The translations under genes and the position numbers were made by a program. DNA of 64,000 nucleotides from Macrostomum lignano (lineage: Eukaryota): contig NIVC01001645.1 in the NCBI GenBank assembly GCA_002269645.1, positions 1 to 64,000 on the forward strand, in the 5' to 3' direction. Under the pieces are notes generated by a model that was given only the letters and a program-made list of their open reading frames with translations, was not told where the DNA came from and did not search any database. Shown piece after piece: positions 1 to 32,624 of this stretch; the first letter of the stretch is position 1, and each line of letters opens with the position of its first letter.

Positions 1-306
1 GTCCAGCCGTCGTCACATCAGCAGGTACGGAGAATCCCGGATTGACTCCGCTTGCCCCGAGGAACTCGGAAGAGAATTAGCTCGAGCATCAGTCTCTGGA
101 GTTACTGATCTCCAATCATCGTGCATCATTCCCTGATCGTCTTCCTCCGGTCCATCGTTGCCTTCTTGATTTTCGTCACCGTCCTCTCCCTCGCTCTCGG
201 CAGTGAAAAATGAGTCATCGCTCGACTCATCGCTCGATTCGCTGTCGAGGCCCAAGTTTCGCAAGGCTTGCTTGGCTGCTTGCCGTCGCTGTCTGACCGC
301 TTGCAT
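1..306 (-). mobile_element. Possible degenerate piggyBac-like transposase N-terminus (frameshifted, runs off the left edge)
   Basis: The ORF has a short basic start, then a long acidic tract (DSESSDESSDD...EGEDGDENQEGND) and W-x-x-V-x-P. A frame change near position 70 continues as SEFLGASGVNPGFSVPADVTTAG, resembling the F-x-G-x-x-G motif that precedes the PGBD core. No TTAA-flanked terminal repeat was identified and the DDD core is outside the window. Confidence 0.35.
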
Positions 307-2850
307 TGTAAGATTTGGTAAGTTGGGGTGTGAGCTAAGGAGGCACCAGTAAAAATTCTTGCAGTTAACTTTTCATGCCTGTATTCCCTCCCTCTTGCCT
401 TTTTTCTAGGTTGGCCATAGACTATTCTCCAGTCAAAGATGTCACTTCTCCTGTTGAGAAAGTGTTTCTTGCCTGTCCATAATAAAGCAACTGTTTTGAA
501 ATTCGAAGTGTACAGCGCAGATCTAAATTGTCTATGGCATGCAGTGCTTGCCATTTGGTAAGATAGAGATGTGGGGAAGGAATTCTGTCGTAGACAAGTG
601 GTTATTAATTAAGGTCTAAGCGCCGATGTAGACAGACCCGTGCCCGTCCATCTTATTTGTTGGCAAACAATCCCAGAGAGTAATTCCAGCTGGATCTAAC
701 GCTCTAAAAAGTGCATTCAACGAAGTCGTGGTTGGTCCGCGCGGTCTCAAAAATGCGGTCCCAAATTATTCGCAGTATCGGCGCAGTTTTGCATTTAGTA
801 AAGTTTGTTAAAACAAACCGTCAGTCCAGGTGCAATCAGCTGCTATAAAGGGGTTTATGCAGACAGCTGTTGCTGCATGCAGTGATGCTACCGTGCACTA
901 TAGGTTGCTGGGCGGAAACTGTCTCGGTGGGAGGGACCCTCCGGGGTATCCTGCCTGTAGCATCCCCTTCCCCTCCTCCCACCTGCCGCCGCGTCCTCCA
1001 GAAAAGGCTGAAAAAGTCAGCGTTGGAATTCAGCGCCCCCCCCTCTGCGCGCAGATGCTGGCTTGGCCTGACAAACATGTGGGGCTAGCTTGGAACATCA
1101 GCAACAGCCCAGAGAGAAAGGGACCTCATTAAGCCTTCATCATGCGGAGCTGCTGCAGCATCTCCATTTTCTCCTTCCCAACTCTGCGCGCCTCCATCTG
1201 CAGCTTTTTTAATAATGCTTCATCCGTTATTCATCCAACAGGCCTTGATGGGTTTCCCTTCTGGCGCTGGCTTCCTCGCCATCTCTATCTCTATACCAAT
1301 GTGTTTTTTTTCAACTCCATTGCAATGCCAGCACGGTGAAGTCCAGACAGTTTTCATCGGCTATTAGGGTGCTTGTATAATTTCCTCATGACTTGATGCC
1401 GAGTTGGCGGATTTACAGTGCATAAAATTTCTCACTCTGTGCATTGGCTACGGTGCATTGTTGCAGCAGAATTCGCGTCTCTCTCTCTACCTCTTCTACC
1501 TACCGTAAAATAATTGCCCATGATGCTATCTCGGACTCTGCCGCTGCTAATGACGCCAGCGCTGCAATCCACTCTCCCCGCAAGCTGCCAGGGGCCAGCG
1601 GCAAGCCTATTTCCCCCTTGTGTCAATGTTTGAAATTGACCGGCGGCACCCGTTAGCCGCCCCTCACGCTCCCCACTTTCCACCCTAGGCCGCGCCAATG
1701 CACCGCCCAAAAAAACTGGGAAGCCTCGGCGGAGGCTAATTCTTGTTCTCGACTCCCGGGCAGCTGTGGCCAACTCTCTCCTGCCTTGCTGCATGGAATG
1801 AGACAGAGGGGGGAGGCGCACACGCATTATCAGCATCCGCGTGGCGGTTCAGGTCTGCTGCCGGCTGCCGCTGGCAAAGACGGAAAAAAGACAGGAAATG
1901 GAGGAGTGGAACTTTAGAGAGAAAAAATGGGTGACTGCATGGCTGGCCGCAGGAATGGGATTTTTTGGCGACTTTAGGGCTTCGAGATTCCCCAGTCTCT
2001 CTCTCGGCTGTCTGTCGGCTCTACCAGCGCAGATGGGGGCCCATTTTTCTGCTTTTCCACAAGGCCTGACATTGATGTCTCTGCAGAAGGCATTCTATCT
2101 GTGCGCTGATTTATAGCCGTGGCCCATGCAAGCTTGACGAGCATGTTATGACTGAGTCACCCCACGTCCAGGTTTCTTTTCCACTCGCGTCTACAGTTGC
2201 CAGTGAAAATTTGATTTTTACAATTTCTCAAACTGAGCGGATGGGAAGGTACAGCAGGGCCACCCGGCACGTACTGTGGGCTTTCAATTGAAAAATAAAT
2301 CGCTCTCACTGAAGCGGGCGGGTGGGAGAAAAAACTGCAGAGACACGCCAGAGACACTGACGCATGAAAGGAACTGAAACCAGATTGGAATTGGATTTCT
2401 CAGCAATGCAGGTGGGACAAACGAGGTGAGACAACTCTGCCCATTGCCAGACTCACACAGGGAGCCTTCATCTAGTATAGATTGGGTTAACTATACCAAT
2501 GAGCGCATTTTTTCACTCTAACTCTGTGAATGTCTTTCCTGCCCCATCATGTCCGGCGTCTCTTCCCAACTCCCAAGCAGATCCTCTCTCCCCATAAGCA
2601 GGGACAAAGATGCATTGACGCTGAGTTGGAACTTGAGAGTAGATGTCTGAGGGTGCCCCGCACGCACCGCTTTCCTCAATTATTCATCGGGCAATTTCCT
2701 GTACAAGGAGGACTCGGCTGGGCTGCAATCAGCAGCCGCCCTTCAAGCCGGGAGCCCCCATCGCCCCCTCAGGTCCCCCTGTATGCCTTCTCTTCTCTGT
2801 ATGTGTATTTCATCAGTCAAGGGTCATGTGTCCTGCTGTTGAGGCTTTGA

Positions 2851-15098
<12,248 letters not shown>

Positions 15099-16270
15099 GA
15101 ACGTTGCCGACGAGGGAATGTGGAGGGGAGAGAGAAACCTCATCAAGTTCCTCTTGTCACACCGGAGGGAGTTTGCCTCAAGCATGTAGTTACTAGGGGT
15201 AAAACAATGCGTTTATCTACAGTGCAAGTGATTGGACAGAAACGATGCTCTCTTTCAGTAGGAACCAAGCTAAAAGTCCCTCAGCTTGCTGTAAAAATGA
15301 TTGTGACCAATTAGAACAACTTAAGCATTGGAGAATGCTGAAGCTAAGAAAAACTTGCTGCTGAAATATTCAACTCAGTTGCTTTTTTTATGAGTAAATA
15401 TTTTCTTTTTGTTAAACTGTTTGTACACTATTGTTGTGCAAACTGTTAAGTGATCTCTGCAAAGTCGGACAAAATTGCACCTATCTATATAATATGTATA
15501 TTAGTCAATGGACCTCCCCTTCTATAGTCATAGACAGTCCTCTGACCCGTTTGACTTCCGCTGTTTTAATGCTAAATCTGCCCCGCCTCCCATGCGATGG
15601 TGTTTGTTTGCTGAGTCGATTATTGTGAAATACATGCATAACAGTTATAACTGGCACAAGCATACTTTTACAACACAATGAGCTGTCTCTTTTAATGAAA
15701 AATTGTCATTAAAACAAAACAAGGCCGTACTAAGCCTCGACATCAGATAAAGTACTTCTCAAAGTTGTTTTAAATTTACCTTTTTGTTTTATTGAGTTCG
15801 TTCTATAATTTTTTTGAAACCATATGCTACTGTTTCTTTTGTTTCCCTCTGTTGAATTTATTTATCTTTTGTTTTTTAACTGCGTTCGTGCCCCTATGTT
15901 ACCTTTATTTTAATTTTGTTTGAATTACCGCTTCGGTTTTTTATTTTTGTTTTTATTTTGCCATCATACACCCTGCGCTGCTGCGGAATGCATTAAGGAA
16001 AATAGTTAAAAAGAAAATCGAACGTCATTCTAATGAATTTTGAACAGAATTTAAAACAAAACTCAAAAAATGAAAAGTACAAATTAACTTTAGCCATTCT
16101 CATACATTTTGAACAGAGATAAAAACAATAATAAAACCAATAAAAAGAAATCAATTACCATGTCCATGGTTATGAATATATGACTAAAACTAATTATAAT
16201 TACTTTTATTGTATTACAATAACCGAATTAAAATTAAGCAAATGATACATACTGCAGAATAAAAATAGCT
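15099..16270 (+). other. Probable ELAV 3' UTR with U-rich tracts and candidate AATAAA signals
   Basis: AT-rich sequence follows the stop codon, with dense U/GU tracts at 15760-15965. AATAAA occurs near 16129, 16139 and 16258. The true 3' end is not determinable from sequence. Confidence 0.45.
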
Positions 16271-16802
16271 AAACGAGTGTAGACTTTTTTGTCAAAAGCA
16301 TGCAGCGAGCATTCAATATATTTTCAAACTAACTAAAGCATTCGATTTGCATGTTTAATATTGCGTGAATTTCCATTTTACCTCGTTATTAAGTTTTGCT
16401 GTTCCATAATATTTATCAAATTTTATAGTCTCACATTTCACATTATTGCTTAGATTGCTAGGAGTGAATCTCTTGAAATCTATCTTATTTGACGAAATTC
16501 CTATTAATTAGCTACTAACTTATGTTGCTGCATTATGCACGATTAGCCCGCGTAAGTGCGCGCTGTGTGTGTGTCTGTAATGTGCATATATACTACTGCT
16601 GAACTACTCGGAATATATCTATACATTTAATTGCAGCGTATAATGCAAGCTATAAAATTTAGTTTGATTCTTTCCGTATGATTGATTTTATTGCTCGAGA
16701 TTTTGACGCATATTATAGAAATCCTCCTGATTTATTAACACTCCGGAACATACATACTCGTATGTACATGTGTCAATGCACATGCGTTATCGAATTTATA
16801 TA

Positions 16803-17522
16803 CAGGATCGGGATCAGGATCGGGATCAGGATCGGGATCAGGATCGGGATCAGGATCGGGATCAGGATCGGGATCAGGATCGGGATCAGGATCGGGATCA
16901 GGATCGGGATCAGGATCGGGATCAGGATCGGGATCAGGATCGGGATCAGGATCGGGATCAGGATCGGGATCAGGATCGGGATCAGGATCGGGATCAGGAT
17001 CGGGATCAGGATCGGGATCAGGATCGGGATCAGGATCGGGATCAGGATCGGGATCAGGATCGGGATCAGGATCGGGATCAGGATCGGGATCAGGATCGGG
17101 ATCAGGATCGGGATCAGGATCGGGATCAGGATCGGGATCAGGATCGGGATCAGGATCGGGATCAGGATCGGGATCAGGATCGGGATCAGGATCGGGATCA
17201 GGATCGGGATCAGGATCGGGATCAGGATCGGGATCAGGATCGGGATCAGGATCGGGATCAGGATCGGGATCAGGATCGGGATCAGGATCGGGATCAGGAT
17301 CGGGATCAGGATCGGGATCAGGATCGGGATCAGGATCGGGATCAGGATCGGGATCAGGATCGGGATCAGGATCGGGATCAGGATCGGGATCAGGATCGGG
17401 ATCAGGATCGGGATCAGGATCGGGATCAGGATCGGGATCAGGATCGGGATCAGGATCGGGATCAGGATCGGGATCAGGATCGGGATCAGGATCGGGATCA
17501 GGATCGGGATCAGGATCGGGAT
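16803..17522. repeat. Perfect 12-bp array (CAGGATCGGGAT)n, 60 copies, intergenic
   Basis: 720 bp with no visible variant unit; it produces the poly-RIGI and poly-DRDQ ORFs. Confidence 0.97.
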
Positions 17523-18047
17523 TAAGATTGCAGGTAGCTTGTTAAGGGATTAACACTTAATCGGGCATAATGCACGATTAGTTGAAGATCAACAATATAC
17601 AGATATCAGGAGAAGGGATATCTACTATAAGCCATAAATATACTCGGAAACTGCCACCCATAAACGAGTTTTGCTATATTTTATCTTGAAAAAAATTCTA
17701 ATCTTCATGCTGCGCAGTGCAGAGGGCAGACAGATGTTTTATGACTAGACCTTCTAGATTCTGGTTAATAGAGAAATTCTTGTTGCGCAGAAAAAGGGGA
17801 ACTTGGCCTGAAGGCGCAGAGTACGCTTGTACAGTTCACAGGAACCTCTGAGGCTCTCAACCAATGAGGCTTCCTGTACTAGGGAACCAGCTGCAGGAGA
17901 GACGGGGAGAGAGAAGGACAGAAACACACTGCTGTACACTGCGGCAAGTCCAAGAACTCACAGTCTGGGGCTAGAGAGAGTGTGTGTGTTTGCGCTGGTA
18001 GTGAATATTCTTTTTCTCTCTGCCTCGCTCAGTTGAACTTGAATAAA

Positions 18048-22442
<4,395 letters not shown>

Positions 22443-23631
22443 ACAAACTACGCAAATGATTTCGATTGTATTTTGGACTGAGTCATGAAACTTCTAGACT
22501 GGACTAGCGAGGTAGGAAGTTGAAAACAATTGCAGAATCTAACTACAGAGCTGATCCACCCAGATTGCAGTGAAATTTTGCTCTATTTACAAGTGTAGCT
22601 TCATTACACTTTCATACTTCTTATGTGTAATTTAGGGCCAACAAGAAGTATAGAAGTAAAATTATTAATTTAACAGATTCCTGCCCCCCCAGTTACGCAA
22701 CACCATAAAAATATTGTACACAATAGTTTTTTTCATTTTATAAAACTTAATCTCATCAATTCAAATTTCAAGTCTATATTTACAATGGTTTTATTGTCTT
22801 GTTTATCATCGACAAAGTTTAATTTAAATTTTTATATCATTTTCTTTTTTTGTTCGCAGCTAGACTCTGGCAGCTCGCGGGAGTAGACTTTCTAGTAGTA
22901 TAGAATGCTTGATGAAGCTTTTTTGTAATATTAACGAAATAATGAATCTGTAATAGATGAGATCAATAATCAATGCAGTATATAAATGTGTCTTAGGATA
23001 GGCTCATTTGTTCGATTTAGAGGCCTTAGAGGCTAGCTAGCTTTTCTGCTCCATGTATAATTATTGAATTAATATTCGCAGCTCGCCTACTCGAATTTTT
23101 GCCTTAAAAGTAGTCTGATTAGGACATTTTTTCGCGTAGCAAAACAGCAAGCTTCATTTAGCATTCTGTGTGTAATTCTGCAGAGTAAAGTTCCTGATTT
23201 ATTCTAAGAAGCCAATGCCATTTTTTTCATTCAGAGCCAATCAAATCGTTTTTCTCAAAACAAACCGATCTACTGACATTCTTATCATTATTAAAAGAAA
23301 CATAAGCGTACTTTTTATTCAACAATTATTGCATACGGTAAATGTTAATTTTTTTGTTTAGCTAGTAAAATATATTTAACGCACAGTGAATGAAATAGTC
23401 AAAGCATAAAGTGCGCACGCACCAAATTAAATTTTACGTTGCAAGTAGTTTAATACGCGTATTACTCGTATTTCACATGAAAAAAACAATCTAAAACACT
23501 AATTACAAAACAAGTGTACAGAATCAAAATTCAACAGGCTTTCGCGGCTAGCATTTGGTTGCTTGGAGGGTGGTTGCTAAGCGTACTCAACTGCAACAGA
23601 TGATGGTGGTTGCTATGCTAAGCTCCAGTTG

Positions 23632-26600
23632 CTAGGCAACCGCGGTTGCTAAGAACTCTCCGCACTCGTACTTGGCCCGCACGAAGGACTCCCTGACGTC
23701 GCTCGGCGAGTCCCGCCCCGGCCTCCGGCCATCTGGCAGTCGGGCCTCCAATACGGCGTTACCAAGCCGGTTGCCAATGACGCACAGCGGCATAGCCTGG
23801 GCGGGAGTCCAGCTGTCCAGCGCCAGGGAGCGAACCCGGCTGGCGTGGGTGCCGAGCCGCCTGTGGGCGCCGGAGCACAGGATGCACACCAGCAGGCCGT
23901 GGCTGACGATCGCCCAGTCTGGCGCCGGGGCGTGGCAGTCAGCGCAGAGCTCGTTGCCGGGCAAGCTGACGGCCGCCTTCAACAGGATGTCGGCGGCGCC
24001 AGACTGAGACGCGGAGTCCTCCCGGAGGCAGCGTCGGCGATGGCTGCGGCATCGGCGGAGACCGGCAAGGATGCCGGAGCTGAGCGCCGCCAGCCAGGCG
24101 TCGCGATCGGCAGCGCTGGCGGCGACGAATCGGCGACGTCGGCCGTCCGCCGTTACGAGCTGGAAGGCGGCCGAGCCGGCGGAGGCGTCGGCGACGGTAG
24201 CTGCCGCCTGCGCCAGGTCGACGATTTCGGTCGCGGCAGATTTGTTAGAATCGGCGTCGATGTGCACAAAGAGGCCGTCCGCAGTGACCCGGGCTGCCCG
24301 CCTTCGCGGCGCGAGGTGGCGAAGCGCGTCCGGCAGGCGGCGTCGGGTCAGCAGAAGGCGGCCTTCGTGGAGGTCGGCAGGTTGGCGGTGGCGGCAGCTC
24401 TGCGTTGAGCTGGATGTCGGAGGCGTCCGCCACTGGGAAACCGGGATCGGAATCTTTTGTGAGGATTGGGATCTCTTGTGAGGATTGGGATCTTTTGTGA
24501 GGATTGGGATCTTTTGTGAGGATTGGGATCTTTTGTGAGGATTGGGATCTTTTGTGAGGATTGGGATCTCTTGCGAGGATTGGGATCTTTTGTGAGGATT
24601 GGGATCTCTTGTGAGGATTGGGATCCTTTGTGAGGATTGGGATCCTTTGTGAGGATTGGGATCCTTTGTGAGGATTGGGATCTTTTGTGAGGATTGGGAT
24701 CCTTTGTGAGGATTGGGATCTTTTGTGAGGATTGGGATCTTTTGTGAGGATTGGGATCTCTTGTGAGGATTGGCATCTTTTGTGAGGATTGGGATCTCTT
24801 GTGAGGATTGGGATCTTTTGTGAGGATTGGGATCTTTTGTGAGGATTGGGATCTTTTGTGAGGATTGGAATCTTTTGTGAGAATTGGGATCTCTTGTGAG
24901 GATTGGGATCTCTTGTGAGGATTGGGATCTCTTGTGAGGATTGGGATCTCTTGTGAGGATTGGGATCCTTTGTGAGAATTGGCATCTTTTGTGAGGATTG
25001 GGATCTCTTGTGAGGATTGGGATCTTTTGTGAGGAATGGATCTTTTGTGAGGAATGGATCTTTTGTGAGGATTGGGATCTCTTGTGAGGATTGGGATCTT
25101 TTGTGAGGATTGGGATCTCTTGTGAGGATTGGGATCCTTTGTGAGGATTGGGATCCTTTGTGAGGATTGGGATCCTTTGTGAGGATTGGGATCCTTTGTG
25201 AGGATTGGGATCTCTTGTGAAGATTGGCATCTTTTGTGAGGATTGGGATCTCTTGTGAGGATTGGGATCTCTTGTGAGGATTGGGATCTCTTGTGAGGAT
25301 TGGGATCTTTTGTGAGGATTGGGATCTTTTGTGAGGATTGGAATCTTTTGTGAGAATTGGGATCTTTTGTGAGGATTGGGATCTTTTGTGAGGATTGGAT
25401 CTTTTGTGAGGATTGGGATCTTTTGTGAGGATTGGGATCTTTTGTGAGGATTGGGATCTCTTGTGAGGATTGGGATCTCTTGTGAGGATTGGGATCTCTT
25501 GTGAGGATTGGGATCCTTTGTGAGGATTGGGATCTTTTGTGAGGATTGGGATCCTTTGTGAGGATTGGGATCTTTTGTGAGGATTGGGATCTTTTGTGAG
25601 GATTGGGATCTCTTGTGAGGATTGGGATCTTTTGTGAGGATTGACATATGCAAATGAGATTTAAGCCTATTTGCATGCAGATCATGACAATAACAAATTA
25701 AAAGAACTCATTTCAGAACCAATCAACAGTCTATAGTACTCACTTCATCTGACCGTTCAAGGGAAAACTCGAGCTTCGATTTCAAAGTCGGTCTGGCCGA
25801 GCAGTCCTGACGCCTAGCGGTTTCCTGGAAGAACAAAAATTACAACTCGTCACTTAATGACCCGAAAGGTTTTAGTTAGAAATAACTGGAGCACCAGGGA
25901 TAGAGTGAGAAGGAAGGAGAGGGAGCAAAGAAGGGACAGGGAGAGAAGAAGGGAGAGGGAGAGAAGAAGGGAGAGGGAGAGAGGGAGGGAGAAGGAGCGA
26001 AGAAGGGAGAGGGAGAGAGGGAGGGAGAGGGAGAGAGGGAGGGAGAGGAAGAGAGGGAGGGAGAGGAAGAGAGGGAGGGAGAGGGAGAGAGGGAGGGAGA
26101 GGGAGAGAAGAAGGGAGAGGAAGAGAGGGAGGGAGAGGGAGAGAGGGAGGGAGAAGGAGCGAAGAAGGGAGAGGGAGAGAGGGAGGGAGAGGGAGAGAGG
26201 GAGGGAGAGGAAGAGAGGGAGGGAGAGGAAGAGAGGGAGGGAGAGGGAGAGAGGGAGGGAGAGGGAGAGAAGAAGGGAGAGGGAGAGAGGGAGGGAGAGG
26301 AAGAGAGGGAGGGAGAGGAAGAGAGGGAGGGAGAGGGAGAGAGGGAGGGAGAGGGAGCGAAGAAGGGAGAGGGAGAGAGGGAGGGAGAGGCAAGTGATAG
26401 ATCTACCGAGAAAGGGTGAGAAGTAGCCACACGCACTGATGAAGAATTCTCACCCTCAGCCTCCATGCAAGCCCTGCAGGCTCCACAGCAGCAGCCGAGA
26501 CCCGGTATCTCCTATGTCTGCTGGCCGCCGCTGTCCAGAGCCGCTGCATAATCTGTGCAGCGCTTTGGCACTTCAGTGTCGCGGCATCCGGGCAGTCGGC

Positions 26601-26654
26601 ATCAAAGCCAGTCGGCAATAATGAGCAAACGGATGTCTCAACATGCCGGGACAT
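23632..26654 (-). CDS. PH-domain plus ArfGAP protein (centaurin/ACAP/AGAP-like, no ankyrin repeats), about 360 aa
   Basis: Proposed exons are 26654-26454, 25824-25744 and 24432-23632, all phase 0. The last exon has a PH-like segment (FQLVTADGRRRRFVAASAADRDAWLAAL) and the canonical ArfGAP zinc finger C-x2-C-x16-C-x2-C-x4-R (CADC...CILCSGAHR), followed by SRVRSLALDSW and FVRAKY. The last exon is certain; the two upstream exons rest only on splice signals and an open frame. Confidence 0.75.
24452..25643. repeat. 19-bp minisatellite (TTTTGTGAGGATTGGGATC)n, about 60 copies, filling ArfGAP intron 2
   Basis: Read directly; it accounts for the repetitive N-terminal parts of the 673-, 445- and 246-aa ORFs. 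Confidence 0.96.
25905..26392. repeat. Compound GA-rich purine tract (GAGAGGGAGG variants) filling ArfGAP intron 1
   Basis: Read directly from the sequence. Confidence 0.93.
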
Positions 26655-26764
26655 TTTTCTACAAACGGTTGTTAGACTTGAGAGCTGACTGAAGAAGACA
26701 GGTAAATTGAGATGGTGATGCCGTCACATAGACGGATATATATGTCCGTTTGTCTGTCCTAGCT

Positions 26765-26850
26765 GCTCTCTGATTGGCTGGCGCGGTGAGAGGTGGAGGG
26801 GCGGGAGGTCAAGCCAGGTGTTTGCGCGCGTCGATTAAGATAATAAAAGG
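26765..26850. promoter_or_regulatory. Candidate promoter upstream of the ArfGAP gene (CCAAT box, GC box)
   Basis: CTGATTGGCTG, GGGGCGGG and a CpG-rich GCGCGCG stretch lie 110-190 nt upstream of the ATG. The evidence is motif-level only. Confidence 0.3.
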
Positions 26851-27254
26851 TGTTTTCTTCGGCGGATTTTCAACTGCAGGTGAAAGAAGGTGAAACTTCA
26901 AGGTTTGTTTGGCTCATTATTCAAGGAGATGAACTTCGCGGTTCAGCACTGTGGCGCCAATGATGGGTCAGCGCATGGGCCCGTAGTGGCAGTGCTGATT
27001 ATGGCTACTCATATTATCAATGAGCTTAGCGGGTTTAAAATGCCACTCTGAGAATTGTCTGCGGCGATGAGCAGCTGATAGTCCTTGACAGTTGCGACTC
27101 AGAATAAGATGAGCTATTTTAAAGTAAGTGTGAAAAATAGCACTTGCCAACCAATTGTCGAGAATTGTCTTCAGTTATTGTTTTTAGATGATTTTCTAAC
27201 TGAGGAGGGAGTAAGTATTGATATTGCGTTCGATACATTGCCTGCGTTAGTTTC

Positions 27255-30943
<3,689 letters not shown>

Positions 30944-31774
30944 CTTTATAGAAGGTTCTAAGAAAAAGCGTTATAATTCACCCAGCTTCTGTGACGAACA
31001 TTAAAGTTAATTTAATGGCCATCTTTTTTTCAAGGCAATGGTAACTAACTGTTTTCTGTCTGTAAAAAATAAATAATTAATTCTGGTCTGCCGTTCAGGT
31101 AATTTAAACGATGCCAGGCCGCACAAGCGGACACCTGTGGGTGACACGAGTTGCTATGCTGGGAGCAGAAGGCTTAGAAAAATATTACATTGGATTTCAT
31201 AACAGAAAGATGTTATTTGAGCCTGGGACTTTCGCCCTCAGGGCTTGGCAGTAACCCCCCTGCTCGTACCGCCCTCATTAAGAAGCCAATTAGTGTTTTC
31301 TATCTCCACAGCAATATTTCTATCACGGTGGAAGTGAATTTCAAAATAGTGTTATATTTATACTTTGAGCAGGCAAAGGGTCTTTCATCCAAGCGACACG
31401 GATAAACTGTTCGGAAACTTTCACCTTGCTGGCTTGTAACTGACTCAGATCAAGGTGGCCAGGTTAACTGAGTAACCGGTCAGCGTGTTTGCAATCAGCG
31501 AGAGCAGCCACGCGTCTTAACAAATGACCCGCATGTCTCCCAATTCTCATTTTTAGCTCTCTGGCCTCGGGGCTTCAATGAGTTCTCGGGCAAGAGAGGC
31601 AGCTCACAGTGGAGGCGGCTGCTCAACAGGGGTTCGCTTGTCGTGTGCCGACAATAAAGTCAGAATATCTGACCTAGATCGCTTTTTCATGCAGTTCCAG
31701 AGCTAGACAGCCGGAGAGGAAACTTAACAGGTTTGAGCCCTCGATTTTTAAATACCCCAGTTTGTGACGTCTTG

Positions 31775-32165
31775 TTTGTGAAGAGTCCAGTTTGTGAAGT
31801 GCCTAGTTTGTGAGTTGTCTAGTTTGTGAATTGTCTAGTTTGTGAATTGTCTAGTTTGTGAATTGTCTAGTTTGTGAATTGTCTAGTTTGTGAAATTTCT
31901 AGTTTGTGAATTGTCTAGTTTGTGAAGTGTCTAGTTTGTGAAGTGTCTAGTTTGTGAAATTTCTAGTTTGTGAATTGTCTAGTTTGTGAATTGTCTAGTT
32001 TGTGAATTGTCTAGTTTGTGAATTGTCTAGTTTGTGAATTGTCTAGTTTGTGAATTGTCTAGTTTGTGAATTGTCTAGTTTGTGAAATGTCTAGTTTGTG
32101 AATTGTCTAGTTTGTGAAGAGTCTAGTTTGTGAATTGTCTAGTTTGTGAAATGTAAAGTTTGCGA
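31775..32165. repeat. 16-bp minisatellite (CTAGTTTGTGAATTGT)n, about 24 copies
   Basis: Read directly from the sequence. Confidence 0.95.
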
Positions 32166-32624
32166 AGAGTCTAGAAGTTTGCAGTTTTCAAAAGCGCCCC
32201 TAAGATTTTTCCTCCATAACATCCTACTCCAAATGCTGCTCTATTTAGTAATCCATGACTGACACGTTCAAGACTTGATCGCTCAAGGGGGAAGGCTGGA
32301 GCTGGGCCCAGAGCAGGTGCGAGGCGGAGATGTGGCGGCGCACCGCTACCAAAGAGAAAGGGAGAGAGAGAGGGGGGGCTAAAGGTGACAGTCTTGAAGA
32401 AATTGATGGCAAACTTGAGATAACAAGAAGAAATTTCTTCAGTGCAAGGCAGACCAAAAAGTTGGATTCAGAGGGTTGGAAGCAGGGCTTTTCTAGGCTG
32501 AAAGCAACAATGCAAAACTCCAAACCATTGAAAAAGAGAAATTCTAATATTATTGAATTCAATTATTCAATTGCATTTGCAAACGCAAGGAGGAATCAGC
32601 CAGTCAGCCAACTATAGATGAGCC

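Noticed and set aside
16678-17553. Poly-RIGI and poly-DRDQ ORFs
   Set aside because: They are artefacts of the 12-bp array.
23627-23650. RFX-like palindrome GTTGCTAGGCAAC overlapping the ArfGAP stop codon
   Set aside because: It is not in a promoter position and is partly constrained by coding sequence; it cannot be distinguished from chance.
24433-25685. Repetitive N-terminal 400+ aa of the 673-, 445- and 246-aa minus-strand ORFs
   Set aside because: This is a 19-bp intronic minisatellite, and a good acceptor (tttcccag) precedes the PH-ArfGAP exon at 24432.
31219-31280. SECIS, hammerhead, twister or pistol interpretation of the structured motif
   Set aside because: ATGA...TGAG is present but helix II and the apical AA are not. 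There is no CTGATGA/GAAA core, and the twister and pistol conserved elements are incomplete or out of order. It is kept only as a generic structured motif.
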